Below are positions 17,003 to 25,727 of a stretch of DNA of 36,534 nucleotides, one piece after another (the first letter of the stretch is position 1; every line of letters begins with the position of its first letter). This DNA comes from Eubacteriales bacterium. Lineage in GTDB: Bacteria; Bacillota; Clostridia; Oscillospirales; CAG-272. The notes beneath the pieces were generated by a model, which made no database searches, had not been told where the DNA came from, and was given only the letters and a program-made list of their open reading frames with translations. Position numbers and translations under genes: made by a program. Location of the stretch: NCBI GenBank assembly GCA_045593485.1, contig JAZNWS010000068.1:1-36534 (forward strand), in the 5' to 3' direction.

Positions 17003-17710
17003 ATGAGCGATAATTTTGATAACAAGGAAATGCTCCAGAAAACTGACGACGGCTTCAAGCCCAATATCTCTCCCGCGGTAATTCGCCGTCTGCCGAGATA
17101 TTACAGATATCTGCGCGAGCTTATCACTCACGGCAGAATGAGAATAAGCTCGGGCGAGCTTGCGAGCATGATGGACGTGACCGCATCCCAGATAAGACAG
17201 GACCTCAACTGCTTTGGCGGCTTTGGTCAGCACGGATACGGATATAACGTAAACTACCTTTTCGCAAAAATAAGCGAGATACTCGGCGTTGGCGCAGGCT
17301 TTCACGCGGTCATTATGGGCGCGGGCGACCTCGGACGCGCGCTTGTAAACCTTTCTATGTTTGAAAAGCGCGGAGTTGACATTATAGGAATGTTCGACTC
17401 GGGCGAGGGACTTGTCGGCAAGAGCGTTGCGGGAGTTCGTGTTTATGATATTGACGAGCTTGAAAGATTCTGCGAGGAGAACATAGTGGATATAGCAGTG
17501 CTTACTCTCCCCAAGGAGCAGATAAAGCCCGTGTCAGACAGACTTGTCGCTTGCGGAGTTAAGGGGCTTTGGAACTATATGGGCGTTGAGCTTGATTATC
17601 CCGACAGCGATATAGTTATAGAGAACGTGCATCTGGGCGACTCATTGATGATCCTTAACTATGAAATATGTCGCAGACTTGAAAAGCGCGACGAGGAAAC
17701 AGAAGAATAA
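17003..17710 (+). CDS. rex: Redox-sensing transcriptional repressor Rex
   Basis: 235 aa. N-terminal wHTH motif RRLPRYYRYL and NADH-binding fold IMGAGDLGRAL. AAGGAGAG SD. Confidence 0.9.
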   Translation: MSDNFDNKEMLQKTDDGFKPNISPAVIRRLPRYYRYLRELITHGRMRISSGELASMMDVTASQIRQDLNCFGGFGQHGYGYNVNYLFAKISEILGVGAGFHAVIMGAGDLGRALVNLSMFEKRGVDIIGMFDSGEGLVGKSVAGVRVYDIDELERFCEENIVDIAVLTLPKEQIKPVSDRLVACGVKGLWNYMGVELDYPDSDIVIENVHLGDSLMILNYEICRRLEKRDEETEE

Positions 17711-17730
17711 AATTTTACATCGGAGAAAAT

Positions 17731-18819
17731 ATGCTTATTAAAATAAATTACGGAGTGGGAGCGGGTGTGTTTCCCACATCCTGCGCCGAGCAGATAAAAC
17801 GCGCGTCGCTTTGCGACCTCAAGGTTCTTTGGCTTATATGCGCAAAGGGCGGAGCCGTCGAGATAGACGAGCTTTGCGAATTTGCGGGAGCTTCGGAGAG
17901 CGAGGTCGTGTCCTCCTTGTCGTACTGGCGCGGGGCGGGCGTGATAGACGCCGACCTATCAAAATCCACGGACAAAACTCAAAGCAAGTCCGAGCCGCAG
18001 GTGCAAAAGCCTAAAAAGTTAGCCCGCGCGGAAACGCTTCCCGAATATACGTCGGACGAGATAGCGAATATACTTGAAAAGAACAGTCAGCTTTCGTCTC
18101 TTATTGACGAGTGCCAGAGGATAATGGGCAAGATGTTCAATATCCATGAGGTAAACGTGCTTATCGGACTTGTAGACTACCTTGACCTTGACTGCGATTA
18201 CATAATGCTGCTTCTGACTTATTGCGTATCCCACGGCAAAAAGACTCTGCACTATGCGGAAAAGACGGCGTTTGGTTTTTACGACAGCGGTATTACCACG
18301 GTTGATGCGCTCTCGGCAGAGCTTCAGCGCAGAGAGAACGTCGCGTCGGTAGAGGGCAAGATACGCACTCTGTTCGGCCTTGGCGGCAGAGCGCTCACAA
18401 CGAAGGAGAAAAAGGAAATATCCGCATGGATAAACGATTGGGGATTTTCCTTTGAGATAATAGAAAAGGCGTACGAGACGACGGTTGACGCCACGGGCGG
18501 CGCGTCGCTTCATTACGCAAACTCGGTGCTTGAGAGATGGAACGCCGAGGGAATACGTACAATAGAGCAGATAGATGCATCTGCCGAGAAATTCGAGGCG
18601 GAAAAGGCGCAGAAAAAGACAAAAAAATCACCCAAGTCCAAGGGCGAGAGTGAAAATCAGAATTCCAGCTTTGATACTGACGAATTTTTCGAGGCGGCAA
18701 TACGCCGTAGCCTCGGGGATGCCTTGAATGAGCAAATGGAAAAAACACATAACAACATTGACACGGATGAGCTTTTTGAAGATCTGGTACACCACAGGAT
18801 CGGGGGCAAGAAGAAATGA
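17731..18819 (+). CDS. DnaD-domain replication initiation/helicase-loading protein
   Basis: 362 aa. N-terminal wHTH-like region, central DnaD/DnaB_2-type repeat (LIDECQRIMGK..., YETTVDATGGASLHYANSVLERW), acidic C-terminal tail. Its stop overlaps the loader ATPase start by 4 nt. Confidence 0.75.
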   Translation: MLIKINYGVGAGVFPTSCAEQIKRASLCDLKVLWLICAKGGAVEIDELCEFAGASESEVVSSLSYWRGAGVIDADLSKSTDKTQSKSEPQVQKPKKLARAETLPEYTSDEIANILEKNSQLSSLIDECQRIMGKMFNIHEVNVLIGLVDYLDLDCDYIMLLLTYCVSHGKKTLHYAEKTAFGFYDSGITTVDALSAELQRRENVASVEGKIRTLFGLGGRALTTKEKKEISAWINDWGFSFEIIEKAYETTVDATGGASLHYANSVLERWNAEGIRTIEQIDASAEKFEAEKAQKKTKKSPKSKGESENQNSSFDTDEFFEAAIRRSLGDALNEQMEKTHNNIDTDELFEDLVHHRIGGKKK

Positions 18820-19784
18820 GCTTTAACAGAGAAAATTACAAGAGAATAAAAGAGGAATACGACGGCAAGTATCTCAAAGCAAGAGAAGCAGCAAATCTTC
18901 GCCGCGCGCAGATACACGCCGAGCTTCCCGAGATAGCCAAGATTGACCGCGAGCTTTCAAGTGTAGGTCTTGAGATTCTTCAGGCGGCTATAAGCGGACG
19001 CAGCTCCGAGATTGATAGTATTAAGCAAAAGAATATTGCGCTTCTCGAAAAGAGGGCACAGATACTTACTGAGGCTGGCTATCCTGCGGATTACACCGAA
19101 ATTAAATACGAGTGTCAGCTTTGCTCGGACACGGGCGCTGTGGATAATAAAATGTGCTCGTGTATGAGAAGAAAGCTCATTGAGGCGGGAATTGCGTCGT
19201 CGGGCATGGCAGACCTTATAGCGCGTCAGAGCTTTGAGAATTTCTCCCTTGACTATTACAAGCAGAGCGAAAAGACATATGCTACAATGAGTTCTATCTA
19301 TTCGCTTCTCACAAGGTATGCCGAGAAATTCACACCCGAGACATCAGGCAACATCGCTATGTTCGGCGGCACGGGACTAGGAAAGACACACCTTTCAAGC
19401 GCTGTCGCGGGTAAGGTGATAGAGAAGGGACACGACGTTTATTATGCAAGCGCGCTCTCGCTCTTTGCGGATTTTGAGATGCGTCGCTTTGGCAACAGCT
19501 CGTCAGTCTCTGCCGACGGTAATATAAACAGATATTTTGACTGTGACCTGCTTATAATCGACGATCTTGGCATTGAAGTGATAAATCAGTTTACATCGTC
19601 TTGCCTCTACGATATTATAAATTCAAGATTGAACGCGAAAAAACCCACGATAATCAGTACAAATCTCACGCAGGAAGAGTTCCGCAAGAAATATTGGGAC
19701 AGAATTACAAGCCGTGTGCTTGGCGAATACATAGTTCTCCCGTTCTGCGGCACGGATATAAGAACGCAGAAGTTGAGAAAATAA
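18816..19784 (+). CDS. DnaI/DnaC-like helicase loader AAA+ ATPase
   Basis: 322 aa. N-terminal Cys cluster CQLCSDTG..CSC, Walker A GGTGLGKTHL, Walker B LLIIDDLG. Coupled to the DnaD-domain gene. Confidence 0.8.
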   Translation: MSFNRENYKRIKEEYDGKYLKAREAANLRRAQIHAELPEIAKIDRELSSVGLEILQAAISGRSSEIDSIKQKNIALLEKRAQILTEAGYPADYTEIKYECQLCSDTGAVDNKMCSCMRRKLIEAGIASSGMADLIARQSFENFSLDYYKQSEKTYATMSSIYSLLTRYAEKFTPETSGNIAMFGGTGLGKTHLSSAVAGKVIEKGHDVYYASALSLFADFEMRRFGNSSSVSADGNINRYFDCDLLIIDDLGIEVINQFTSSCLYDIINSRLNAKKPTIISTNLTQEEFRKKYWDRITSRVLGEYIVLPFCGTDIRTQKLRK

Positions 19785-19812
19785 TTTTGAAAAATTTAAT
19801 AGAAACAAAAAA

Positions 19813-19839
19813 GGAGAACCGAGGAGGTTCTCCTTTTTT
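19813..19839 (+). terminator. Intrinsic terminator after the loader ATPase gene
   Basis: GGAGAACC-GAGGA-GGTTCTCC followed by TTTTTT. Confidence 0.85.
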
Positions 19840-19909
19840 GATTATTTCACGTATAATCTCCCTCAAACCGCAGAAAAATACTTATTGCAAAACAAAAACG
19901 GAGGTTATT

Positions 19910-20356
19910 ATGCAACAGACAAAAACCAGAGAAGCGGAAATGCTTGAAAAGATATACAAGAATATGAAAATGGGCTCGGACTCTATGGTAAACCTTATGC
20001 CCTCGGCAAAGGACGACGAGTTCAAGACCCTTATGACTGCGCAGCTTGACGGCTACGAAAGATTCGCCGCGCAGGCGCGCGACAGACTTCTGACCGTCGG
20101 CGGCGAGCCCAAGGAAGAAAATATGATGACGAAAATGTGGGCAAGCGTGGGAATGAAGATGAACACGATGATGGACTCCACCACCTCGCACCTCGCCGAG
20201 ATGATAGTTGAGGGCTCGACTATGGGTATGACGGACACAATTAAGGTGCTCCGCGATTATGAGAACACCGATGTGTCCGAGACCGCGATGAAGCTCGCCA
20301 AGGATATTATCAAGTTCGAGGAAAAGAACATTGAGATAATGAAGAAGCATCTTTAA
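19910..20356 (+). CDS. Hypothetical helical protein (148 aa)
   Basis: ATG at 19910 preceded by GGAGG. The track ORF from 19601 overlaps the upstream gene and the terminator, so the internal start was chosen. No family recognised with confidence. Confidence 0.6.
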   Translation: MQQTKTREAEMLEKIYKNMKMGSDSMVNLMPSAKDDEFKTLMTAQLDGYERFAAQARDRLLTVGGEPKEENMMTKMWASVGMKMNTMMDSTTSHLAEMIVEGSTMGMTDTIKVLRDYENTDVSETAMKLAKDIIKFEEKNIEIMKKHL

Positions 20357-20360
20357 CAGA

Positions 20361-20391
20361 AAAAACGAGAGGAAATCCTCTCGTTTTTTTA
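20361..20391. terminator. Bidirectional intrinsic terminator between convergent genes
   Basis: AAAA-ACGAGAGG-AAAT-CCTCTCGT-TTTTTT. Confidence 0.85.
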
Positions 20392-20784
20392 TTATTCATT
20401 ATCCGCAAAGGAATCAAGCACCTCGGTGTTTATCTCATCTTCGCCAAACTCGGTCTCTTTTGCCTTTTTGGCTTGCTTTTTTGCCTCGGCTTCCTGCTTT
20501 GTCTGCTCATATTCGGTATTCAACTTAGCTATTTTGTCCTCAAGCTCAGATATTTTATTTACTGTTTCGGATATTTTCTCGGTGAGCCTTGCGTTCTGCA
20601 CGTCATCCTCAAGCGTGAGCTTTTTATAGGTCAGCTTGCCAAGTCTTAAAAACTCGTTTTCCTTTTCTGAGGAAAGCTTTGCGATTTTTATTTTTATCTC
20701 AGCAAGACTTGCAAGCTCCTCGGTTTTTTGAACTGCCTTGCCTGTAAGCTCGCTTATATTCTTTTTTATATTATTCCAATTCAT
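20392..20784 (-). CDS. Hypothetical coiled-coil protein with an acidic C-terminus
   Basis: 130 aa with heptad-like K/E/L-rich sequence. No family recognised. Confidence 0.55.
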   Translation of the reverse strand: MNWNNIKKNISELTGKAVQKTEELASLAEIKIKIAKLSSEKENEFLRLGKLTYKKLTLEDDVQNARLTEKISETVNKISELEDKIAKLNTEYEQTKQEAEAKKQAKKAKETEFGEDEINTEVLDSFADNE

Positions 20785-20872
20785 AAAAGCTTAAACCTTT
20801 CAAAAATAGTATCTCTGTTTTCATTATATAACTCTTTTGAAAATTTGTCAAGTGTGGCAAAAATAACCGTCT

Positions 20873-20902
20873 GTATCACAAGTGGCTTTTTCGGGAAAAT
20901 TA
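20873..20902 (+). promoter_or_regulatory. Candidate forespore-type (sigma-F/G-like) promoter for spoVAC
   Basis: GTATC-15 nt-GGGAAAATT, 35 nt upstream of the ATG. It resembles the GHATR / GGHRARHTX patterns I recall for forespore sigma factors, with imperfect matches. Confidence 0.3.
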
Positions 20903-20936
20903 AATGTAGAAAACAGAACTTTGGGAGGGAATTTCT

Positions 20937-21380
20937 ATGAATATGGATAGAAAGACATATAAAAAATTTGCCGATGCGCACGCGCCAAAATCGCCAATAT
21001 TGAAAAACTGCATCTGGGCATTTTTATCGGGCGGACTTATCTGCGGCGTGGGACAGTGCCTCATATTTATTTATTCGTGTCTTGGCTTTGACAAAAAGCT
21101 ATCACTTACTATGACGTCGGTGACTATAGTTTTTGTGGCGGTGCTGCTGACAGCCCTTGGACTTTTCGAGAAGATAGCCAAGCGCACGGGTGCGGGAACG
21201 CTCGTGCCTATATCGGGATTTGCAAACGCCGTCGCATCAAGCGCCATTGACTCTCGCTCTGAGGGACTTGTGCTGGGTGTTGGCGCAAAGATATTTACAG
21301 TCGCGGGTCCTGTGCTGCTTTACGGTATTATTTCAGGCGTTATCTGGGGGATAATCTATTATATAATGAGTTTTTTCTGA
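20937..21380 (+). CDS. spoVAC: Stage V sporulation protein AC
   Basis: 147 aa, 4 TM segments. Characteristic N-terminus YKKFADAHAPKSPILKNCIWAFLSGGLICGVGQ. GGGAGGGA SD. Confidence 0.85.
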   Translation: MNMDRKTYKKFADAHAPKSPILKNCIWAFLSGGLICGVGQCLIFIYSCLGFDKKLSLTMTSVTIVFVAVLLTALGLFEKIAKRTGAGTLVPISGFANAVASSAIDSRSEGLVLGVGAKIFTVAGPVLLYGIISGVIWGIIYYIMSFF

Positions 21381-21881
21381 TTATATAATGGATTTAAGCA
21401 GCCTTTTGGCTGCGGTTGTGTCAGACGATACTATCAGGACACAAATGTTTCCCGATATTATTACCTCGGCATTGTCTGTATAAGACGAGTATTGACTGTC
21501 GCTCCAGAAATTTTTGAGGGAGGTCAGGCGCGAGCAGAGTGTTTTGGACGTATCAAGAGCTGACTGCGGACTGTCGCACATAAAGACTGCAAACTCGCAG
21601 GGGTGCGAGCTTGAGAGGAATATTGCAAACTCCACCCAGTCGTCGTACTCCTTGGGCATACTGCCACCGCCGTAGAGCGCGCAGAGCAGAGAGTCCGAGA
21701 CGTATGACTCCTCACCCTCGGGCGATCCTGACAGATAGACCTGCCCGCTCGGTAGGTCTATTTCTGTCTGGAGCAGATGCGAGAGGATACCTTCAGCAGA
21801 CGGCGGCTGTTGTGAGCAGGAGCAAACACACGCGCAGAGGATAGATATACAAAGAATCAAAATCAGGAAATTTCTTTTCAT
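21381..21881 (-). CDS. Lipoprotein, DUF4358-like
   Basis: 166 aa. Signal peptide with a Cys cluster (LCACVCSCSQ). The C-terminal pattern EFAVF...NAEVIISGNICVLIVS resembles DUF4358. The stop codon abuts the spoVAC stop with no spacer. Confidence 0.6.
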   Translation of the reverse strand: MKRNFLILILCISILCACVCSCSQQPPSAEGILSHLLQTEIDLPSGQVYLSGSPEGEESYVSDSLLCALYGGGSMPKEYDDWVEFAIFLSSSHPCEFAVFMCDSPQSALDTSKTLCSRLTSLKNFWSDSQYSSYTDNAEVIISGNICVLIVSSDTTAAKRLLKSII

Positions 21882-21911
21882 TTTTGCCTCCGTTTTTTGT
21901 AATTATATGAG

Positions 21912-21954
21912 GCAAAAAAACAAAAAATGAAAACGGCGCGATCAAGCGCCGTTT
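21912..21954 (-). terminator. Intrinsic terminator after rlmH
   Basis: The minus strand reads AAACGGCGC-TTGATC-GCGCCGTTT followed by TCATTTTTTGTTTTTTT. Confidence 0.8.
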
Positions 21955-21964
21955 TGCCGTGAAA

Positions 21965-22444
21965 TTATTTATGATACTTCGTTCCCTTGATTATGTTCAT
22001 AGCTCTATAAACGCTTTCCGAAAGGATTACGCGCATAAGCTGGTGGGGGAAGGTGAGCTTTGAGACCGAAAGCTTTAAGTCTGCGGCGTTCTTTACCGCG
22101 TCACTGAGTCCGTGCGACGAGCCGATGACAAAGCATATCTCGTTTGACACCGAAAACGCGCGGTCTATTTTCTCCGCAAGCTCCTCGGATGAGAACTGCT
22201 TGCCTTCTACGCAAAGCGCGACCTTATATGCGCGTTCGCTCATATGCGAGAGAATGACTTTGCCTTCTTCCTCAAGGGCTTTTTTTATGTCACCCTGCGA
22301 CGGCTCCTGCGGGAGCTTGGCTTCCTTGAGGTTGATATTCTCGACCTTGCAAAATCCCGAAAGTCTTTTTTCGTACTCGGCTACCGCATCAGAGAGGTAT
22401 TTCTCCTTGAGTGTGCCAATTGTTATAAATTTTATGGTTGCCAT
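21965..22444 (-). CDS. rlmH: 23S rRNA (pseudouridine1915-N3)-methyltransferase
   Basis: 159 aa from the internal ATG (MATIKFITIG...), a typical RlmH length and C-terminus (...GTKYHK). The start overlaps the upstream stop as TGATG. The track ORF extension to 22522 was rejected. Confidence 0.9.
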   Translation of the reverse strand: MATIKFITIGTLKEKYLSDAVAEYEKRLSGFCKVENINLKEAKLPQEPSQGDIKKALEEEGKVILSHMSERAYKVALCVEGKQFSSEELAEKIDRAFSVSNEICFVIGSSHGLSDAVKNAADLKLSVSKLTFPHQLMRVILSESVYRAMNIIKGTKYHK

Positions 22445-23286
22445 CAGTCGCTCTCCTTTTTGCACCAGAGATTGAAGAATTCGTCCTCGTATTCGACCGC
22501 CTCGCCGCCACCCACAAGCCACGTGGGACTGTACTGTGACGCCACGCGCAGATTTATACTTGAGTCGCCTATTGCGGAGACTGCCTCGTTATACGCGAGC
22601 GCGGGTGTGTTGTTTTCCTCGGATAGATGCGCGAGCAGAATGTTCTTCGTTCCGTTCTGGCACAGGAAGGCTGCGAGGGTTGCGCACTCGCGGTTTGAAA
22701 GGTGACCGTATCTTGACGCTATCCTTTCCTTAAGCTCAAACGGATACGGACCGAAAAGCAGCATTTCCGTGTCGTGATTTGATTCAAGGATCACCGAGCC
22801 ACAGCCCGTGAGCATTTTTTGTATCTCATCGCTGACGTATCCTATATCAGTCGCGTACCCAATGGACACGTCCTCAAATTCAAGACGGTATCCGACAGAC
22901 GCGCGGCTGTCGTGAGGAGTAGGAAATGCGGTGATCTTGACTCCGTCAAGCTCCACGGAAAAGTCACTCTTGTCGTGAATACACAGACATGCGCAGAGTT
23001 TTTCATCGCAAAGCCCTTGGAATTTTCTTGCCGAGTTCAGCATTATATGTATGGGTATGGAGTTTTTGTGTGAGAAGGTCTGTAGCGCGGAGATATGGTC
23101 GCTGTGCTCGTGTGTGACAAATATTGCGTCGAGGCTTTTGGGGTCAACATCTATTGACTTTAATGCCTCGCACAGAGCCTTCGCGCTCTTGCCCGCGTCT
23201 ATGAGTATTTTTTTGCCGCCGAGCTCAATATAGGTCGAGTTTCCCTTTGAACCCGAATACAGACAGCATATTTTATAATTGTTCAT
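22444..23286 (-). CDS. MBL-fold metallo-hydrolase (YycJ/WalJ-like)
   Basis: 280 aa with HEHSDH metal motif. Adjacency to rlmH recalls the Firmicute yycJ...rlmH neighbourhood. Confidence 0.85.
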   Translation of the reverse strand: MNNYKICCLYSGSKGNSTYIELGGKKILIDAGKSAKALCEALKSIDVDPKSLDAIFVTHEHSDHISALQTFSHKNSIPIHIMLNSARKFQGLCDEKLCACLCIHDKSDFSVELDGVKITAFPTPHDSRASVGYRLEFEDVSIGYATDIGYVSDEIQKMLTGCGSVILESNHDTEMLLFGPYPFELKERIASRYGHLSNRECATLAAFLCQNGTKNILLAHLSEENNTPALAYNEAVSAIGDSSINLRVASQYSPTWLVGGGEAVEYEDEFFNLWCKKESD

Positions 23287-23298
23287 TTTGTACTTTAT

Positions 23299-23736
23299 TT
23301 ATTTTGAAAACATTTGGTGTAGCCAGCCCTGCCATACGAAGAGGTATATCAGGTCTGCTATAAAGGTGACGATAAGAGGAAATATAACGAATATCATCCA
23401 GCGGGATTTTTTCGCTCTGTCCTGTCCTTTTTGGATGTATGCCGACTTTTTCTCGGCGCTCCAATCGTCAGGGAGCATTTCGGGGGTGACGTTCTTACGT
23501 GAAAAAGCATAGTTATAGACCACGTATACAATAACGAACACCGCAAGTCCAAGCATATAAAGCCCTGTGACTCCAAAGGATATTATCGGAACAGGGATAT
23601 TTACCGCTGCGAAATAAATAAGCATAAACAGAAAGCAGCAGCCGATAAGCATCCACAGCTCCTTTTTGCTCTTTTCGCTGAATGGCTTCTTGGGCTCTGA
23701 AAATAGGGAGTTTTTGTTTTTATTCATTTCAAACAC
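23299..23736 (-). CDS. Hypothetical integral membrane protein
   Basis: 145 aa with about 4 hydrophobic segments. Its start lies 3 nt after the galK stop. Confidence 0.6.
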   Translation of the reverse strand: MFEMNKNKNSLFSEPKKPFSEKSKKELWMLIGCCFLFMLIYFAAVNIPVPIISFGVTGLYMLGLAVFVIVYVVYNYAFSRKNVTPEMLPDDWSAEKKSAYIQKGQDRAKKSRWMIFVIFPLIVTFIADLIYLFVWQGWLHQMFSK

Positions 23737-23739
23737 CTA

Positions 23740-25023
23740 TCAGCAGACCTTTATTGCGCCAAGCGGACGTATTCTGAGAACAAGGCACGCGCCCTCTCCG
23801 AATGTAGAGTCCATTATTGATTTGAAATTTTCAACGTCCTCAGATCTAACGTAAGCCTGAATAGTTCCCGCAAATCCTCCGCCGTGTACGCGGAATGCCG
23901 CATCCTTGCCCGAGAGGGTTATGTCGGCAAGACAAAGCGCGAGAGAAAGACCTTGCTCCGTAAGATTTTTTGTTGTATAGACGTTCTGCAGATAGCAGAA
24001 CGAGGACCTGCCAGACTGATTGACTGCAGCGAAGAACTTCTGAACATCGCCGTCAAGAAGAGCCTGCTTTTGCACTGCCACACGCTTGTTCTCCTCAAAG
24101 AAGTGAAGCGCGCGCAAAATTCCTCTGTCACCAACGCTCTCGCGCAGGGAGGGGATGTTGTTTATAACCGTCTGCTCGTTAGTTTCTCGCAAAAAACAGC
24201 CGCCGCAATTTGCTGCAACTTCCTTCATTTCTGCGGGAATAGCGGCATAGTCGTCGGTAAGGTCGGCGTGGTTGCCGCCTGTGTTGACTATGCAGAGATT
24301 ATAGCCCTTGGCAGAGAGGTCGAAATCTATCGGCTCAATTATTGGCGCGGAGGGATCCTTAAAGTCGATAGCCACGATGCCGCCAACGGCGCAGGCTACC
24401 TGATCCATAAGACCGCAGGGCTTGCCGAAAAATTGATTTTCAGCGAACTGCGAGATCTTGGCTATCTCAACATTGTCTATTGTTCCGTCATTATAAAGAT
24501 GATTTATGATAGTTCCTATCATATTTTCGAACGCCGCCGACGAGGAAAGTCCCGATCCGCCGGGGACGTTTGAGGTCGTGTAGGCGATAAATCCGCCCGT
24601 TTTGTACCCCTTGTCAGACAGTCCGCGGCACATGCCCGCGATGATAGAGCCCGATCTGCCGTACATTTCGGGGCGGGGAGACGTGAAGTCCGAGATATCA
24701 ATACAGTCTGCATTGTGTCCCGAGCTTTTTACGCGAATAATGTTGCCTTCCGTTTTGGATACCACGGCGATGGTGTCAAGGTCTATTGACGCAGCAATAA
24801 CGCAGCCGCGATTATGGTCTGTGTGGTTGCCTGAAAGCTCGCTTCTGCCCGGAACCGAGAAAAGCTCAAGCTCGTTTTTCTCTCCGTAAAGCGAGACAAA
24901 CTCATTTATTGCAGCGATATATCGCTGTTTTTGACAAGGTATATTCTGCTTGCCATAAAGGGAGGTGAGAACACTGTCAAGCTCACCGTTCTGTATGCTT
25001 TGAATAAGTTGATCGTGCTTCAT
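23740..25023 (-). CDS. galK: Galactokinase
   Basis: 427 aa. Galactokinase signature GRSELSGNHTDHN and GHMP ATP loop PGGSGLSSSAA. Confidence 0.9.
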   Translation of the reverse strand: MKHDQLIQSIQNGELDSVLTSLYGKQNIPCQKQRYIAAINEFVSLYGEKNELELFSVPGRSELSGNHTDHNRGCVIAASIDLDTIAVVSKTEGNIIRVKSSGHNADCIDISDFTSPRPEMYGRSGSIIAGMCRGLSDKGYKTGGFIAYTTSNVPGGSGLSSSAAFENMIGTIINHLYNDGTIDNVEIAKISQFAENQFFGKPCGLMDQVACAVGGIVAIDFKDPSAPIIEPIDFDLSAKGYNLCIVNTGGNHADLTDDYAAIPAEMKEVAANCGGCFLRETNEQTVINNIPSLRESVGDRGILRALHFFEENKRVAVQKQALLDGDVQKFFAAVNQSGRSSFCYLQNVYTTKNLTEQGLSLALCLADITLSGKDAAFRVHGGGFAGTIQAYVRSEDVENFKSIMDSTFGEGACLVLRIRPLGAIKVC

Positions 25024-25044
25024 AATAACGTGTTTGTTTTGAAA

Positions 25045-25287
25045 TCAGAGAGTTTTGAGCTTGTTGAGGCAGTCCTCGCAAAGACGCTTGCCGCAGAAAT
25101 AAATTATATTGTCGGCATTGTTGCAGAACGTGCAGGAGGGCTGATATTTCTGGAGGATTATCTTGTTATCCTCAGTAAATATCTCGAGAGCGTCCTTTTC
25201 GCCGATGTCCATTGTTTGTCTGATGCTTATGGGAAGAACTATTCTTCCGAGCTCGTCCACTTTTCTTACTACGCCTGTTGATTTCAT
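25045..25287 (-). CDS. AbrB/SpoVT-family DNA-binding protein with a Cys-rich C-terminal tail
   Basis: 80 aa. N-terminal swapped-hairpin motif STGVVRKVDELGRIVLPISIR. The C-terminus carries CxxC-x10-C-x4-CxxC. Confidence 0.85.
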   Translation of the reverse strand: MKSTGVVRKVDELGRIVLPISIRQTMDIGEKDALEIFTEDNKIILQKYQPSCTFCNNADNIIYFCGKRLCEDCLNKLKTL

Positions 25288-25325
25288 TTGTTTTTCTCCT
25301 TTTGCGGATTATGTTTTATGATGTC

Positions 25326-25354
25326 ATTTTAACAAAGAAAATGTATATTGTCAA
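25326..25354 (-). promoter_or_regulatory. Sigma-A type promoter for the abrB-like gene
   Basis: The minus strand reads TTGACA-17 nt (ending TGT)-TAAAAT. Confidence 0.6.
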
Positions 25355-25497
25355 TAGTAAAAATTGGAAATTTATGTATTGTTTACATTTGAATTGTAAT
25401 TTTTTGGAAACGCTTGTCGATATATGTAAAATTCTGCGGAAGTCTATGAGACTAAAGGGCTTGCGGCGTGGTAAGAATGTTTGTGGTGACACAGCTA

Positions 25498-25526
25498 TTG
25501 ACAAAACGTCAAAGATGATGTATAAT
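25498..25526 (+). promoter_or_regulatory. Consensus sigma-A promoter for rnj
   Basis: TTGACA (25498-25503)-17 nt-TATAAT (25521-25526), both hexamers perfect. This implies a leader of about 195 nt. Confidence 0.65.
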
Positions 25527-25727
25527 AATACGGTGACTGATTGTAATTTGACGGGATACCTCCACTCATCCCGTTTGATATATTTATTTTATAAGTTTTG
25601 ATAGGCTGACTGGGGCTGCTTCTCATTTCCTCTTGCAGAACGAAGGCGAGAGGGGTGCGGAGCCTTATCTGTTTGCCTTTTGTCGCGTCTGTCAAATGTC
25701 TCCATACATAAGAAAGGAAGGTATTAG

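Noticed and set aside
18816-19784. The AAA+ protein could be an IstB-like IS21 helper, that is, part of a mobile element.
   Set aside because: No IstA-type transposase or inverted repeats are adjacent. The protein has a DnaI-like N-terminal Cys cluster and is translationally coupled to a DnaD-domain gene. Together these fit a chromosomal helicase loader.
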